A stretch of DNA of 64,000 nucleotides from Laetmonice hystrix (taxonomy: Eukaryota): NCBI GenBank assembly GCA_965235115.1, contig OZ249436.1, positions 11,408,001 through 11,472,000 of the forward strand, read 5' to 3'. This document shows, piece after piece, positions 12,001 to 27,000 of this stretch. The notes below the pieces were generated by a model. That model was not told where the DNA came from. It worked only from the letters and a program-made list of their open reading frames with translations, and did no database searches. The position numbers and the translations under genes were made by a program. The stretch's first letter is position 1. Each line of letters starts with the position of its first letter.

Positions 12001-15000
12001 CTATAGTAACACATCTTAAGTAACCTTTAGAAATCTTTTCTCTGCGGAATTTTGAGGATCTTTATTACGCTGTATTTCTGTATCTATGTTTTAGTTGCAG
12101 TCGTTTTAATATTAGTATTGGCTCAGGTTCTGCATGCGTCCACTGGGTTGCTCCAAGCCCTTGGTCAGACCTTACATGGGTCCGTGAACAGACCCAGTAC
12201 AAGTTTTACTATTTCCCTACAACATATGTTCATTATGAGATGATCTAGCTGACACTCACGCCATCGCTGTCGGTAGCGTTGACCTGTATGACGGGCTCTC
12301 CAAGAGTTTGTTTCTGAGTGACAGATATACGGTACTGGTCCTGACGAAACTTGGGAGCGTTAGCGTTCCTCTGGACCAGGATGGTGACGTCAGCAGTGGC
12401 AACTCGTCCTGGGTCCTGGTCGTCAACGGCCGTCACTCTCAGCTGTAACGGAAAAACATTTTTAAATGGTATTTTTTATATAGAAGAACACAAAAAACGG
12501 CACGGAACTCTTTCAAGATTTAACCTGAATTGACCTTTCCCCCAAGTTTGCCATTTTTGACTAGAATTCCACAAGTTGTATGTGTTGAGTTGTAATGCTA
12601 GCAGTGAGTGTATCAAGTTCTATGTGTTGAGTTGTAATGCTAGCAGTGAGTGTATCAAGTTCTATGTGTTGAGTTGTAATGCTAGCAGTGAGTGTATCAA
12701 GTTCTATGTGTTGAGTTGTAATGCTAGCAGTGAGTGTATCAAGTTCTATGTGTTGAGTTGTAATGCTAGCAGTGAGTGTATCAAGTTCTATGTGTTGAGT
12801 TGTAATGCTAGCAGTGAGTGTATCAAGTTCTATGTGTTGAGATGTAATGCTAGCAGTGAGTGTATCAAGTTCTATGTGTTGAGTTGTAATGCTAGCAGTG
12901 AGTGTATCAAGTTCTATGTGTTGAGTTGTAATGCTAGCAGTGAGTGTATCAAGTTCTATGTGTTGAGATGTAATGCTAGCAGTGAGTGTATCAAGTTCTA
13001 TGTGTTGAGTTGTAATGCTAGCAGTGAGTGTACTCACAGTGTAGACAGTACGGCGGTCCTGTCGAAGATCTCTCTGTACTCGGATCTCTCCTGTCGATGG
13101 ATCCAAACTGAAGTATGTGGGAGCTGGTACCACACCGTCTGTACCGAACTGAATCTTTCCAACCAGATCCTGGTCTTCGGCTGCAACCTGCGGTCACAAC
13201 GGCACAACGTTATACGGCTGCAGCTGGGGGTGCACGGTAATTACTTAGCACAGTAATTAGGCCTACATTTCAGCCGCTAATGATCTAACGTTACTTTCTT
13301 CAGAAAGACACCGTCAAGGAATGCGGGCAATGAATGGTCATCCCTCCCGTTTCTTTGCAACCTGTGAACAACTTCCCCCCAGAAAACTCAAATCTTCATA
13401 TAGAATTACCGACCTTGAATATTGAGCTTGCGGCTGGCCTGAACTCGGACACCGACACCTGGTAGGGTGTGTCGATGAAGGTTGGCGACGACTGCTGTCG
13501 TTGGACAGTGATGTAAGCTGTAGCCGCGTCACACTTCTGGGGAACGTTGTCGTCACAAACCTCGATGTTCAACTGGAAAAAACAAACAGAAGATGAACTA
13601 AGATTGTAACTTCAATATGCCCGAACCGAACGACCTGTGATATCATTATTTGAGTCCCCACAAACACTGAAGATTCCTGGAGGATGAAGTGAACGATGAC
13701 TTACAGTGAAGGTGTTATCCGAGGTTTCAGCTAGCGACCTCTTCAATGACACGAGTCCTGAGTCTGGGTTGATGTAGAACGCTTGCTTGGCGCTGTCACT
13801 GCCGATCAACTCGTACGTGATCTGGTCCTGTGAAAATAAAACAAAATATGTCATTTCTTGAGGACGCGTTAAAACAAGAGTAACAATTTAAAGCAAATCT
13901 AAATACGCATCAAAACGTCTCATTTCGAAATCTCTGTCCTCATATGAGTCTAACCAGAAATTAGTTGCGTTGATGAAAGTAAATACAACACAAATCTGAA
14001 CTAAACACTGCGGGACATACCTTGTCAGCGTCCGTGGCTGTCAGTTTGAGTACACTGGAGCCGAGTCGATGGTTCTCAGCTAGGTTCAGTCGGTACTCAG
14101 GCCGGGCAAAGATTGGAGCGTACTCATTACGTGTTACCTGGATAGGTACCACGGCAGTGGTCACCTGGTCAATGTACGCTGTGTCGTATGCAACCACTCG
14201 AACCTGGCAATATAACAATATCATAATAACTGCATCTATAGGTCACACAATACCAGAGGGATATACCACGCTTCAATAGAGGCGTCGCTTTCTTTTTTAT
14301 AAATCCAACCCAATTTTGTTAACCTTTCATCGTACTCATGACGCCAATGGGGAAGTTATACCACCAGGTGGCGCCATGATTCTGGCTATGGTTTTTGTAA
14401 TGCTACAATCTAAGATTGATCGTCCACCAACCCTGTAGAGTGTCGACTTGAGATTATCTGTCTTCAGATCGGTTTTCACGGAGATCTGTCCACTTGTCGG
14501 GTTGATGGAGAAGAAGCTCGGGGCCGGATAATCTCCGGTAATCTCAAACTTGATTTTCTCCATGAGATCTGGATCGTGAGCGCGGACCTTGAATATGTCC
14601 TCGCCGACCCGCTTGGTCTCCGGGATACGCTGAACATTGTAAGGCGTGTCGTCAAACCGTGGAGCGCGGGTACTCCGACGGACTGTAATGTACACCGTCA
14701 TGGTGGCCTTTCTCTCCGGGGTCCCCTGGTCACTGGCTTCAATCTCCAACTAAACAAAACACAAACCAAACACACGGGTATTAAACACTGCCAGAGTTGT
14801 CAACTCCCACCTCCTGTCTGCCTTTCTCACTGGAGTCGGCCCCATATATCATAGAGGCGAATGTACCAAAACGAACTTTTCGATATAAAGTTATTCAGGA
14901 ACATAGGGTAAGCAGGAACATGGCCTAAATAGGAACATGGCGTAAACACACAGAGATATACTGTCGAACACAACATACAATCATATCATGGCAAAGACTT

Positions 15001-18000
15001 TTTTGAAACAATTCATATTTCAGTCACGTTCAAGCATGAGCAGGTTGAAAATTAACAATTTTTAAAAATTTTATTATTTTTTTTCTTTATGCAAAATAAA
15101 TCGTCATTCTAAGTCAGGAGCGTCAGTAGGCCTATCAGTCGTGTCGAGAATTTCAAAGTAGATTTTTGTTGGTACAAAGTAACAAAATGTTACAAGCATG
15201 CCAAAAGTCCGTTTCTGTTTCTGTTGTCCAGAAATTGTAATGCTTGGTTTATTAAAACATTGACCTTGGTTTATCTCTAAGTGCCACTATTTACAAATGT
15301 GATGGGCAAGTTTAAAATGAGCGGCAGTTTTATAATGCTTGTCTTAATCTACTGTTATATCATCCGTATTAGGATCAGCATACAAATCAATAACTAGATA
15401 TGCATGCAGAAATGAGCAAACTTGAAATCGTTACGAGTAAAACTCAGAACACGCTCAATCAACAGTGTTCAATCACATAGCTATCCCATATTGTACACCG
15501 ACAGACATACAAGAGATACACACACAAGAGGTAAGACTTGGTGTACCTGTTTATACCAGGGTTAAGTACCGAATGCTGTTAGTACACTAAACTCAGGTCG
15601 GGACGAAGTCATACATGCCTGTCATATACAGTCAATGGGTTAGTATATCAGTCATCTTTGGTAAATCTTAAACAGTCCTAAATTATGCCATATGTAGGAG
15701 GTGCTACTTCTCTCTTCTGTCTATAGCTCTTATCACTACCGAGCCTTAAATCTAGGAGTAGTCTTGGAAATCTAGAGGTAATATAACATCCTATAGAGAA
15801 AGGAGACTGGTGACAAATACATACCACATGCTGCGGAACTTATCGAGATTCATTCTGTCACCTTACACTTAATGCTAAGACAGGATAACCATTTGTGCCG
15901 GGATTTTATTTATCAAGGGCAGCAGCTACATCAGTGACACGGTCACATATGAAGCACACTCAAAGGGGACTACAACTTCACTTGTTATTTCAAAGCATGG
16001 CGTCATCATGTCGACACTTTTCACAAGGCATGTTTACTTTCTACAAGCTCATAGCTTACAGGAAAATGAAGCCAAAATGATTTCACATCGTTCTCATTCA
16101 TTTCAAGGACGTTATTGTAAGGATGAACATGTGGGAAGCTGTTACTGAGAATCTAGTCAGAGACAGACAGCAGACCATGTAAGGACATTGAGAAGGCATG
16201 GAGCATGGCGCTGTATCAGGCATTACTTGTCGGAGAGAAATTTGGAAAAGTTTCATAATCCTTCTGCATGAATACTTACATACTGTTGGTCATATGGTCA
16301 TTCGTCTATATACACTATTTATCGCTAGGTATTTATCAAAACACACGAACACAAAAGGTTATCTTAGAGTTGGTTTCCTGCTGATAAAGCATGGAAACGC
16401 AGTCTTCCAAAGATCAAAGAGACAGAGAATAAAGATCCATGACATGGTCGTCACGGGTAATACGGAGGTGTACACAAAACTGGCACAGAGTCATGTTAAT
16501 TCAGGGAGTGGCCACCAGGGGGACACCAAATCTCGTCTACTTACCACGTATTCAGAACGTTGCTGCAATACAGCGTCAGATTCAAAATCAACAATTGGAC
16601 TCTGGTACAGTCAAACCTCGTCAAACAGTTTGATGCCCATTAAAATGTGTTCGGATTGTAAAACATACGGATTACTGAATCATTTTAAATAGAATAGTAG
16701 AAGAGGTTGCCAGAAAGTGTGTTCGGATTTATACGGATTAAAGAATGACGGATTAACGAGGTCTAATTGTACTTAAAGGCGACCACGACATCTGAGGTAT
16801 ATTTTTAGTTAATTTTTTCCCTTAGAATATCACAGTATCTCTAATCTAAACAATATCGACATTCCGATTACTGAGCTAAGGCTCGCACTGAATGGAAAGG
16901 AATGAATGATTTCTTTTAATCAATACATGTACATTATCTTACAATCATAAAATGACACAAGCGTGCTAAACAGTTGCATATCTCCCTGGAAGTCATCTAG
17001 ACGGACAATACAACATCTAATATCATTTATTTATCTAAATACACCGACTTTCAGCGTGACCCAAATCAACTTTCATTTAACCATGTTATTTTATTTGAAC
17101 GAGAATTTCATTCAAAGCCACAATAAGGACTAATGAAATAAGAAAAGCTGAGACAGATAAATTCTGACTCTGAGCCACTACCGTTCTTTTTGAAGTTCTA
17201 AAATACCAGCAATCACATGACTTCAAGGTATACTCTGAAAATTAACAAAAACTAGATGGAGTGTCATATTAAAGGTAACTTACCTCGAATCCTGTCCGAC
17301 TGCCTGGGTAGAGCATCTTTTTGACGGTCACCGTGCCTGTGTCGGCGTCCACGTGGAAGTATTTCAGGGCCTCGGACTGTCCCTCTGCACGGTACACAAT
17401 CTTATCCTGAAAACGTACCACAATTTTATCAAATCTCTCCAAATATTTTTGGTGGATGGTTTTCATGTAATCTTTTTATTTACTATTAGTAAAAAGAAAA
17501 TCTATTTTGTAATAATTGTAGACTGTAGAATTCTCTGGTATTCCACCAGGTGGCGCAGTGATCAAACACCTAGCGGCGCCAGTTTGAACCACCCCTCCAA
17601 GCACAGATCGTATCACCAATATTGTAGGTGTACTGTGTAGACTTACGCCGTCGGGGTCGGTAGCGTTAGGTTTATCAGTGACGACATATCCCAGGGGTTC
17701 CGTTTCTTTCATAGTGAGACGGATGGGTGTATCGTGTGTCCAGCGTGGTCGGTTTTCATTACGCTGCATGGTCACATCCACCACAGCTGTCGACGTACCC
17801 TCGGGGTATATGTTGTCGTAGGCCAACACCCGAATCTTGTAGGAGAATGCCTTGTCAGACTTGAGATTGTTAGCCACCTTGATCTCGCCACTGTTCTTGG
17901 AGATGTTGAAGAAGTAGGGTGCCGGGAAGTCGCCAACTATGGCATACTGGATGCGACCCTGAAACCAATGGGTAAATACGTCTAGTTTTAGACTTTGTGG

Positions 18001-21000
18001 AGAAGAATTATGGTTAGTCTACATTAATTTTCAATCGACTCATAAATCCTACAGGATAACAGTTAGGCCTATCAACTAGCGTACTTGAGCGTTGGTGTGG
18101 TCTTCCTGGTACTTACGACTAGTACAAATGGTTAGCTCCTTTCTTGATACATATTCCTCAGATTTATAATTTCTTTATACAACAGAATTACTCGCTCCTA
18201 TTGTAGAGATCCATATTAAAATATTAGAGCGATGGTCGTAACATTCACTGCATTTTTAAATATATATGAGATAAGTGCTTTAACATGGGAAAAATATGAA
18301 AGAGTAAATAAACTACAGACTCATTGTAAATACATTCGATAATTTTCAAGTATATATGTGTAGTAATAGTAAAACGATAAATATCGGTGGTAGAAAAGAA
18401 AAAGAAATTCTGGGGAATATCATTTCATTGAATCTGTAACTGATATCTAAGGGGGTCTCTGGATACCTTACCTGTGTCAGAAAACATTTTACAGACGTGT
18501 ATCAAATTAACAGTCTTATTAGACGAAACGTCGTAATAATAGGGGTACTTGAAAAAACGAATGAAGTAAGGAATCGATATAAAAAAATGTATGTGTTAAC
18601 GGTTTGTGTGATGGTACAGAAACTGATCAATGTTCATTATGTTGTGTTGAATACCTACTGAACTGTCTACAGACTTACCGGGGAGACTGACTCCTAGTGG
18701 GAATACAATGGACGGTTAGAGACATGGCGACTAGAGGCCATAGTAGCAGGCGGGAAAAACATCGAAAGATAAACCAACTCTACGATATCTAACGATCACT
18801 AGACAAGTCTGTATACACGCGTCCAGCCAACACGGTAAGTACTGGGGGTTGTGAAGTCACACAGTTGTTATTTGACTTCTTGATCATTTTTCAACCTGGC
18901 AGGTTTCACTAAAGATAGATAGTTTCATTTGATGAAACATGGAAAAATGATCAAGCTAATATATGTACCGGTACTGCTGTCTTTCACTAAAGTGAGTCTG
19001 GCAGCCAGTCTGTCAGTACACGTACCTGGATGTCTCTGTCCCGGGCGATCACCTGGAGCACAGAACCACCAACCCGAGTGTTCTCAGACAGGATGGTTTT
19101 GTACGGCTGACCTTGGAACTTGGGGTTCTCATTGTTACGGTTGACTTTAACCACGACTGTGGCGTCGGCACTCCGCTCTGGGTCACGGTTATCTCGGGCA
19201 CGCACAGCGAACTGAGGAAGAGAAAGCGGGAGGATCCTCCGTAAATATTTATAATATTTTTTATTTAATACCTTTCTCGCTTGTACTCCTTACACAGGGC
19301 ACGAATTTTCAAAACTTCAGTGACGTGAGAAGGGTATGACCTTTGACTCGACTTACCGTGTACTGTTTGGTACGGCTTGTATCGTTCATCAGGTTGTTCT
19401 GGAGGTGAATAACTCCAGTGTCGGGAGTCACGAAGAAGTATTGGTTGGCCTTCCGCTCCTCTGGCTTACCCGGCAACTCATACGTTATCTGGTCCTGTGG
19501 GAGAGAACAAAAAAATTATTTCTCTGCCACCCCAACTATATTCACCAGAACCATAACACAAGGCTTAAAGCGGGCGTAGGGCTACAAGCCCTCCAAATTT
19601 ATGCACTTTTTTCTAGCAGAGTCATTCTCTGCTGAATCTGTTGACCAATCGTGAGAATGTGTCCTCACCCCATCAGCGTCAGTGGCGGACACGGTAAGGA
19701 TGCTGCTGCCCACATTGATATTTTCATTGTATGTCGCCTCGTACCGACTCTTGGCGAACTTAGGTGTGTTCACATTGCGGGTCATTGGTACGCGAACTGT
19801 GGTAGTGGCTGTCTTCTCGGGGTTGCCGGAGTCGTGAACCGTCACACGTAACTGCAAACAATGGTTTTATTTACAGTCTGACAATCCAGTCAGATAGTTT
19901 GAATCGTTTGGTCTCATATAGCCAAGTCGACAACTTGCTGTCACTCAGAGGGATTGAGAGATACTTACGATGTAGTATGGCGAGTAGTCCCTGCGGAGAT
20001 CTTGTTTAATTGTGATGGTTCCTGAGTCAGTGTTGACGGTGAAGAAGTTTGGTGAAGGCGGATCACCAATAATTCTGTACTTCAACTGACCCTGAGTCAA
20101 GTAAGACAACGAACAAATGATTGATTAAATCATTAAATCAAACAGAAAAACATTACTTTCCCGAATGACTTCTGTGTATTGAATTGGAATACCCGGTTTG
20201 TATGTCCCACATGTACCCCGGACGTGGATAGACCAGCCCTACCTTCTGGTCCTTGTCTCGACCTCGGACCTGGAAGACCTGCTCACCGACCCTCTTATCT
20301 TCAGCCAGTGTCGGAGCTGTGTACGGAGCTCCGACAAACTCAGGTGAGTGTTCATCTCGTGTCACCTTCACCTTCACCTCCTTGGTCACCTTCTTCTGAG
20401 GGATTCCTTGATCCTCGGCTTCTACCCGGAACTGTGGCACAACACAATACAGTCAGTCATCTCACCGTCTTCCCAGAACGTCCCCCAAACCTTTCTTTAG
20501 TCTTCCCAGAACGTCCCCCAAACCTTTCTTTGGTCTTCCCAGAACGTCTCCCAAACCTTTCTTTGGTCTTCCCATAACGTCACCCAAACCTTTCTTTAGT
20601 CTTCCCAGAACGTCCTCCAAACCTTTCTTTGGTCTTCCCAGAACGTCACCCAAACCTTTCTTTAGTCTTCCCAGGAGGTCCCCCAAACCTTTCTTTAGTC
20701 TTCCCAGAACGTCCCCCAAACCTTTCTGAAGTCTTCCCAGAACGTCCCCCAAACCTTTCGTTAGTCTTCCCCGAACGTCCCCCAAACCTTTCTTTAGTCT
20801 TCCCAGAACGTCCCCCAAACCTTTCGTTAGTTTTGACTTTATTGATAAGAAAAATCTAAACTGTAGAAATCTTGGATAGAAGTTACATAATGCTTACCGT
20901 GAATTCCTTTGTCTTGGTGTCAGTTAAGAATTTCTTGGTGGTGATGACGCCTGTTTCTGGGTTGAGGTAGAAGAACTGTGCTGGCTCTCCTTGGGCCAAC

Positions 21001-24000
21001 AGTTTGTATTCGATTGGATCCTATAGATAAAATCAGTTACAGGACAACTAAGTAACATGTTGATGTTGATATATCCTAATTCACTAACCGTAATCATCTG
21101 GTTACGAGACGTTATGAAACACTTGAAACCGTAGAAAGACGAATTGTACCTTATCGGCGTCGGTAGCGCTGACTTTGATAACGTTAGCGCCGAGTGCCAG
21201 TTTCTCGTCCACAGTGGCTTCATACCTAGCCTCCGGGAAGGCTGGGGCGTTAGGATTGCGCTCTACCTTGATGGACACGGTTCCAGTAGCTTGGTTGTCC
21301 GGATAGATAGTGTCAAAGGCAATCACTTTGAGCTGAAAGTCGACAAATATTACATGTAGTACACACGATGTACAGACAGAACCCGTCGTTCTGCCACATT
21401 TCGTGATTTCATTATTATTTTATTCTAAGTAATACTGGCGGTCGCTCCTAGGGCCGTTTCTCAGTGTGTCTAGAAGAACCCCGTTAAAACCTGACTATCT
21501 CACAGACAACCTGCTTAGCCCCCCGCCGCCGTAGACCCGTAGCGGGTCTGTTGTAATGCGGTGGATCCCTCATATACTCACCACGTAAGTAGCTGAGCGC
21601 AGACTGTCTGTCTTCAAGTCTTTGCGTACACGTATCTCACCGCTGTCTTTGTTCACCCGGAAAAAGTCCTGCGCTGGGTACTCTCCAATCAGACTGTACT
21701 CGATGTTTCCCTACATCAATATCATAACCATAGTCAGAATACATTATCTATCAAAACTGCCTATTATACAAAATATCATACATTGCATCCTTATATCGTG
21801 ACCATTCTTCACATCAATGTACATCATCTTGAGAGGTATATGTTCGTACATGTGTATACAGTAGCGTACCTTCTTATCCTGGTCTGTTGCCTTGACAGCC
21901 CGAGGTTTCGGGGCCACCAATGAGTTGACAGCCACGTCTTCCTTGATCTCAGCCCTGAAAGTAGATGTCTCAAAGCGAGGCTTCTGCTTGTCTCGCTGGA
22001 TCCTTATGTTCACCTTCGAGTCTGCCGTCTTCTCTGGATCACGTTGGTCGCGAACCCGCAGTTGTATCTGGTTTCACAAACATAACGTTTACCACATTGA
22101 CTGTTACATCGCGTACACTGAGGTCGCGAACCAGCAGTTGTATCTGGTTTCACAAACATTACGTTTACCACATTGACTGTTACATCGCGTACACTGAGGT
22201 CGCGAACCCGCAGTTGTATCTGGTTTCACAAACATTACGTTTACCACATTGACTGTTACATCGCGTACACTGAGGTCGCGAACCAGCAGTTGTATCTGGT
22301 TTCACAAACATTACGTTTACCACATTGACTGTTACATCGCGTACACTGAGGTCGGGAACCCGCAGTTGTATCTGGTTTCACAAACATTACATTTACCACA
22401 TTGACTGTAGCATCGCGGCACACTGAGGTATTATGGACCCTCTCTTTAATGACGTTTAGACCTACCATTTACTAGCTAGAACATCCACACTGATAGCAAG
22501 TTTGTGATTTACCTCATCGTTCTCCTGTTCTCCAGGTACGAGTAGTTTTTTCAGTGTGATGAGACCCGTTATCGGGTCGATGTAGTAGTACGTCTGAGCC
22601 CGACTGGTTCCACGGATACTGTACTGCAGAGTGTCCTGTATTGTACAAAGTCGGGAGGATTTCAAAAATACGCCCTTTGCTGTTCTCTTACATCTATGAG
22701 ATGATTGGCAATGGTGCGATGAGAACGGAATGTTAAGGGTTTCTAATCCTGTAGCAATTTCCCTAATCCTGAAGTTCTCATCAACTGTTAACTGCAGGTA
22801 GATATACGTATTAATGTCTGACAGTCGTATAAATTCACTCACTCCATCGGCATCAGTGGCCCCAACACGGATGATCTCTTGACCCAGGGCCCAGCGGTCG
22901 TTGAGTGTCACGGACCATGCGGTTCGGTTCCACTTGGGTGCGTTCTCGTTCCTGGAGACGCTGGCTGTCAGAGTGGAGGTGGCTGTCTTCTCTGGTCGCC
23001 CGGAGTCGTATACCGTCACGGGTAACTGAGGGTGAACAACCAGACACAGGGAGGTGAGGTCAACTCAATCAACGCTACGTCATCAAGTAACAATACCGTC
23101 ACGGGTAACTGAGGGTGATCAACCAGACACAGGGAGGTGAGGTCAACTCAATCAATGCTACGTCATCAAGTAACAATACCGTCATGGGTAACTGAGGGTG
23201 ATCAACCAGACACAGGGAGGTGAGGTCAACTCAATCAACGCTACGTCATCAAATAACAATACCGTCACGGGTAACTGAGGGCGAACAACCAGACACAAGG
23301 AGGTGAGGTCAACTCAATCAACGCTACGTCATCAAGTAACAATACCGTCATGGGTAACTGAGGGTGATCAACCAGACACAGGGAGGTGAGGTCAACTCAA
23401 TCAACGCTACGTCATCAAATAACAATACCGTCACGGGTAACTGAAGGCGATCAACCCGACACAGGGAGGTGAGGTCAACTCAGTCAACGCTACGTCATCA
23501 AGTAACAATCTTAAGCTGTATTTCTCCTGCCCTCATTCAGTCGTGAAAGAGAGGGCAGGATTCTAGGATTTCAACCTTTTTTTTGGGGGGGGGGAGATTC
23601 TGGACGGGGATGTCCTATGGATAGCCATTTTGAACAAATATAGCTACAGTTTTTTTGCGGAGGGTGGGGGGAGATGTAACTGTTTTGTTGGGAAGTGCTC
23701 CTCTGAAAAAGCCTGCAGGAAACCCTGGAAGAACCAAGCATAAACTTGGAGGCATATAAAATATAGAAATGCATACACATAGAATAATAATTAATCTTAT
23801 GAAGAACATCGTTTTACTCTACACAGTTACACTGCAAAAAAGGCCAACCTTGCTGGCGGACTTACTCTGTACATAACAGCGGTGTCCCGGAGGAGGAGAG
23901 CCGAGTTCTTCACACGGATCTCACCATTGTCCTCTCTGATAGAGAAGATATCCGTGCCTGGAGGAGCTGGAAGGAGGCTGTACCGGAGTGATTGCTGGAA

Positions 24001-27000
24001 CACAAACACATTACCTGTCAGATATAACACACACACACCCTCCACTAACTCTACCGTATATTGTCGGATAGACTACAGCAGATCTGCCCGCACTCGGGGC
24101 AGCGTCTAGGACGTTTACAAGCAACCACAGTTACATCAAAGCAGTTACTGACTCTACAGATGTACCTCGGCTCAAATCTACGTCAACATGTTACATAATA
24201 AATAAAGTACCACCACCTATCTGACCGAAGTCAACATTCTATATACAACAGTAGGTTTGTCTATGATAACAGAGGATGACGACACAGTACTAAAGATCTA
24301 GAAGGATGCTAACTGGTGACGAATGTATAATCTACCGGTAGGCTATCCCTACTGACATGTACCAGGGAATAGATTTAGCAAACCCTCATGAAGGGGCAGG
24401 TCCCATGACTTCCCTGAAATATCTAACTTCTATTAGCTTGTTTGTTGTAAAGTTGTTTTCACAAGGGACCGGTAGGCTACACAGGTCCATGAAGGCATGA
24501 ACACTCACTACCCGCGGGAGGTAGAATGACAGAAACGGAAGGTTTTCATCACCGGGTCATGTCAGAACATCTTGCCTGGAACTGTTAATACATCCCTTCT
24601 CTTTGTATCACCTCCAAGAACTCAAACATGACGACGTTTTACCACAGCCCCTGTGGACCTCATATCACGAGCCTCAATATGCCCCGAGTGGGAGTATGCA
24701 AAACATCGCTGATGATGGCGAATGTAAATGAACGAAATATGTAAGTGATGTGACTCCTGAAAGTCTACGGAGTAAATATGTAAGCAATGTTATGTTGGAG
24801 GTAATGTGTCCTGCCCTACCGGTGCTGGGGTAGTAGGCTGAAATAGAAAGTTTACGATGAATATGGTACTATACTCCTGACGGTCGGTACATGAGGGCGC
24901 TGTGTTTCTAACAGCACAACCAAACCTCCAAGAAAATAGCTGGCCTCAATAATGTATAATAACAACCCCTGTTACACATAGCAACAGTCGCTTTATCAAC
25001 ATCCCCAGGTATGATTCTACATTCAAAGATATGTACAGGATGTACTGAATACCGACATCATGCAGTGTGCATGCAATCCACAATATTCCACTGGTAAAAC
25101 TTACAATGTAAGGCTCCTTATCCTTACACTTTGCTATAGTATTACATTCTTTACAAGTAAAACAAGCAGACAGGCTAACGCTGCAGTGAAGCATGTTAAA
25201 AAACAAATGAGATGAAAGACCACTTTATAAACTAATGCTAAAAATTGATACAAAGTGTGTGATAACGGAAAACGGCGTTTGATTTCTACAAGAAATAAAA
25301 GAAATAATTCTGAGTAGTGCATAGACTGAAACAGTTTTCACCTAAGCTAAGAGAGGAGAATGGCCACTTGGCAAACAACTGGGGAAGTGGGGATTAGCCA
25401 GCGATTACAAGCCTCGACCTTTGTTCGCCCTGTCACTTAACCTAAGCTCTTGTTGTTAACGCTGAAATACTGGCGAGGAGGTTTTCACAGTACGAAGGGA
25501 TATTTTGAGGTTTCCATTAAAAGAACAACTAAAATACCGGCATAAGTAAATGTAAAATGATCATAACTCAACTAACTGTAAGCCGACAAAATCGAATTAC
25601 CAAGTGCCAAGTGACTTTTTTCTAGCAACGCTAAAGCCATAATTACTTTTGCATTGTAAACTGGAAGTTGGGGAAGGCAAAATGGGCGTCTAGGCTGGGG
25701 TTGGGCTAGAGACAAAATCTACTGCCTTGCAAACCACAATGAGTGTAGCATTAGCAAGTTTACTTTAGCTGTACATGTTTGGCAGGGCCCCAAATGGCTG
25801 AACTGAAGACGTCTTCAATGGAAAAGTAAGCATCGAAACACCATTATCCCTTCAGAAATAAAGGTCCACATAAAGTGTTGTTGAATACTGCAGAACTCGG
25901 TTCGCGATTCCCTTTCACGAGAAAAGTTTGAAATTATAAAACGAAAAACAGCAGAAGCTAATCGAGCATTTCGGTGGGCCCAATATGTCTGGCAGCAGGG
26001 AAAAGTCGGCAGCGTAAAGCAAAAACCATTTTCCTCTACGTACTTTTGTATTGTTTCCACGCTGGAAATATTGGAAAACAGAAAGAAATGCAGATTTGTT
26101 GACAAATACAACTTCATTCATGACAAATCATCATTGAATACCTATTGTATGACTCTTCCTTGTTCTACCGAAGTTTTATACTTTTCTCATATCTACGTAC
26201 ACCAGGCTTGCAGGTACTTGCTGCATGTTTCTGGTTTTTCCCGGTAACTCCCTCAACCATCCCAACTGACTGCCTCGATACACGTATCGGGCAGTCTCAT
26301 GATTTGTCAGTAACCTCTGAAGTAGGAGTAGCCATACATAGATGTTCAGAGATGATAGATTCCACCAAGCCACGACCGATGGGCTCATTGTGTGACATTA
26401 ACAGGTTACACAGGACGATAACAAAACAACATTTCAAACATTATGGACTATGGTACAGGGAACATGGTAACATCGGTACATGTCACAGGAGATCGCAACA
26501 TTGCTGTCTCAACCTGAACGTCTCCCTCAACACTGCCCTCAACACTGCCCTCCACTCTGCCCTCAACTGGAGACAGCCATGGCGTGTGTAAATATCGTGA
26601 CTCCACCTCATGCAGGTTTACCAGTGTGTGCAGTATACGTCATGTATCATGGCTAAGTGCTGGCGGTCTACAACGACCTCTAGGCCTAAGGGCCTGGTTA
26701 ATGAAGCAATATAAAACTACTTAGTTCATACGTTTTAATCAACTGGAAGTCAGCTAGGAAAGAACCCCCTCCCCCTCCCCCACTTTCGCCAAATCATTCG
26801 ATGTAGAATATCAGTAGCATATTCAACACAATATGTCCACATCTATGTTGAACCGTTTCCTTTGTCCCCTCCAAAATGAAGCCAATATGCAGGTCTTTTC
26901 CCCACCTGTCATCTGAATATTAATGTATCCAAAGGCATAGATGGTTCAGCCACGTATCCTCAAGCAATCTAAATAGGAATTCATCTGGTTGAAGATGGCC

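Noticed and set aside
12561-13256. ORFs with TLTASITTQHIELD or CIKFYVLSCNASSE repeats
   Set aside because: The 42-bp unit is a multiple of 3, so open frames arise trivially; it lies beyond a canonical donor
16198-16692. 164-aa plus-strand ORF in a long intron
   Set aside because: No recognisable domain; it overlaps a MITE-like element
20462-20859. (GDVLGRLKKGL)n ORF ending at a donor-like ACG|GTGAG
   Set aside because: 33-bp satellite; no convincing acceptor and it would break the A/B alternation
25815-26591. ORFs in the 3.3-kb intron as a nested gene or transposase
   Set aside because: No recognisable motifs; needs BLASTX or RepeatMasker to say more
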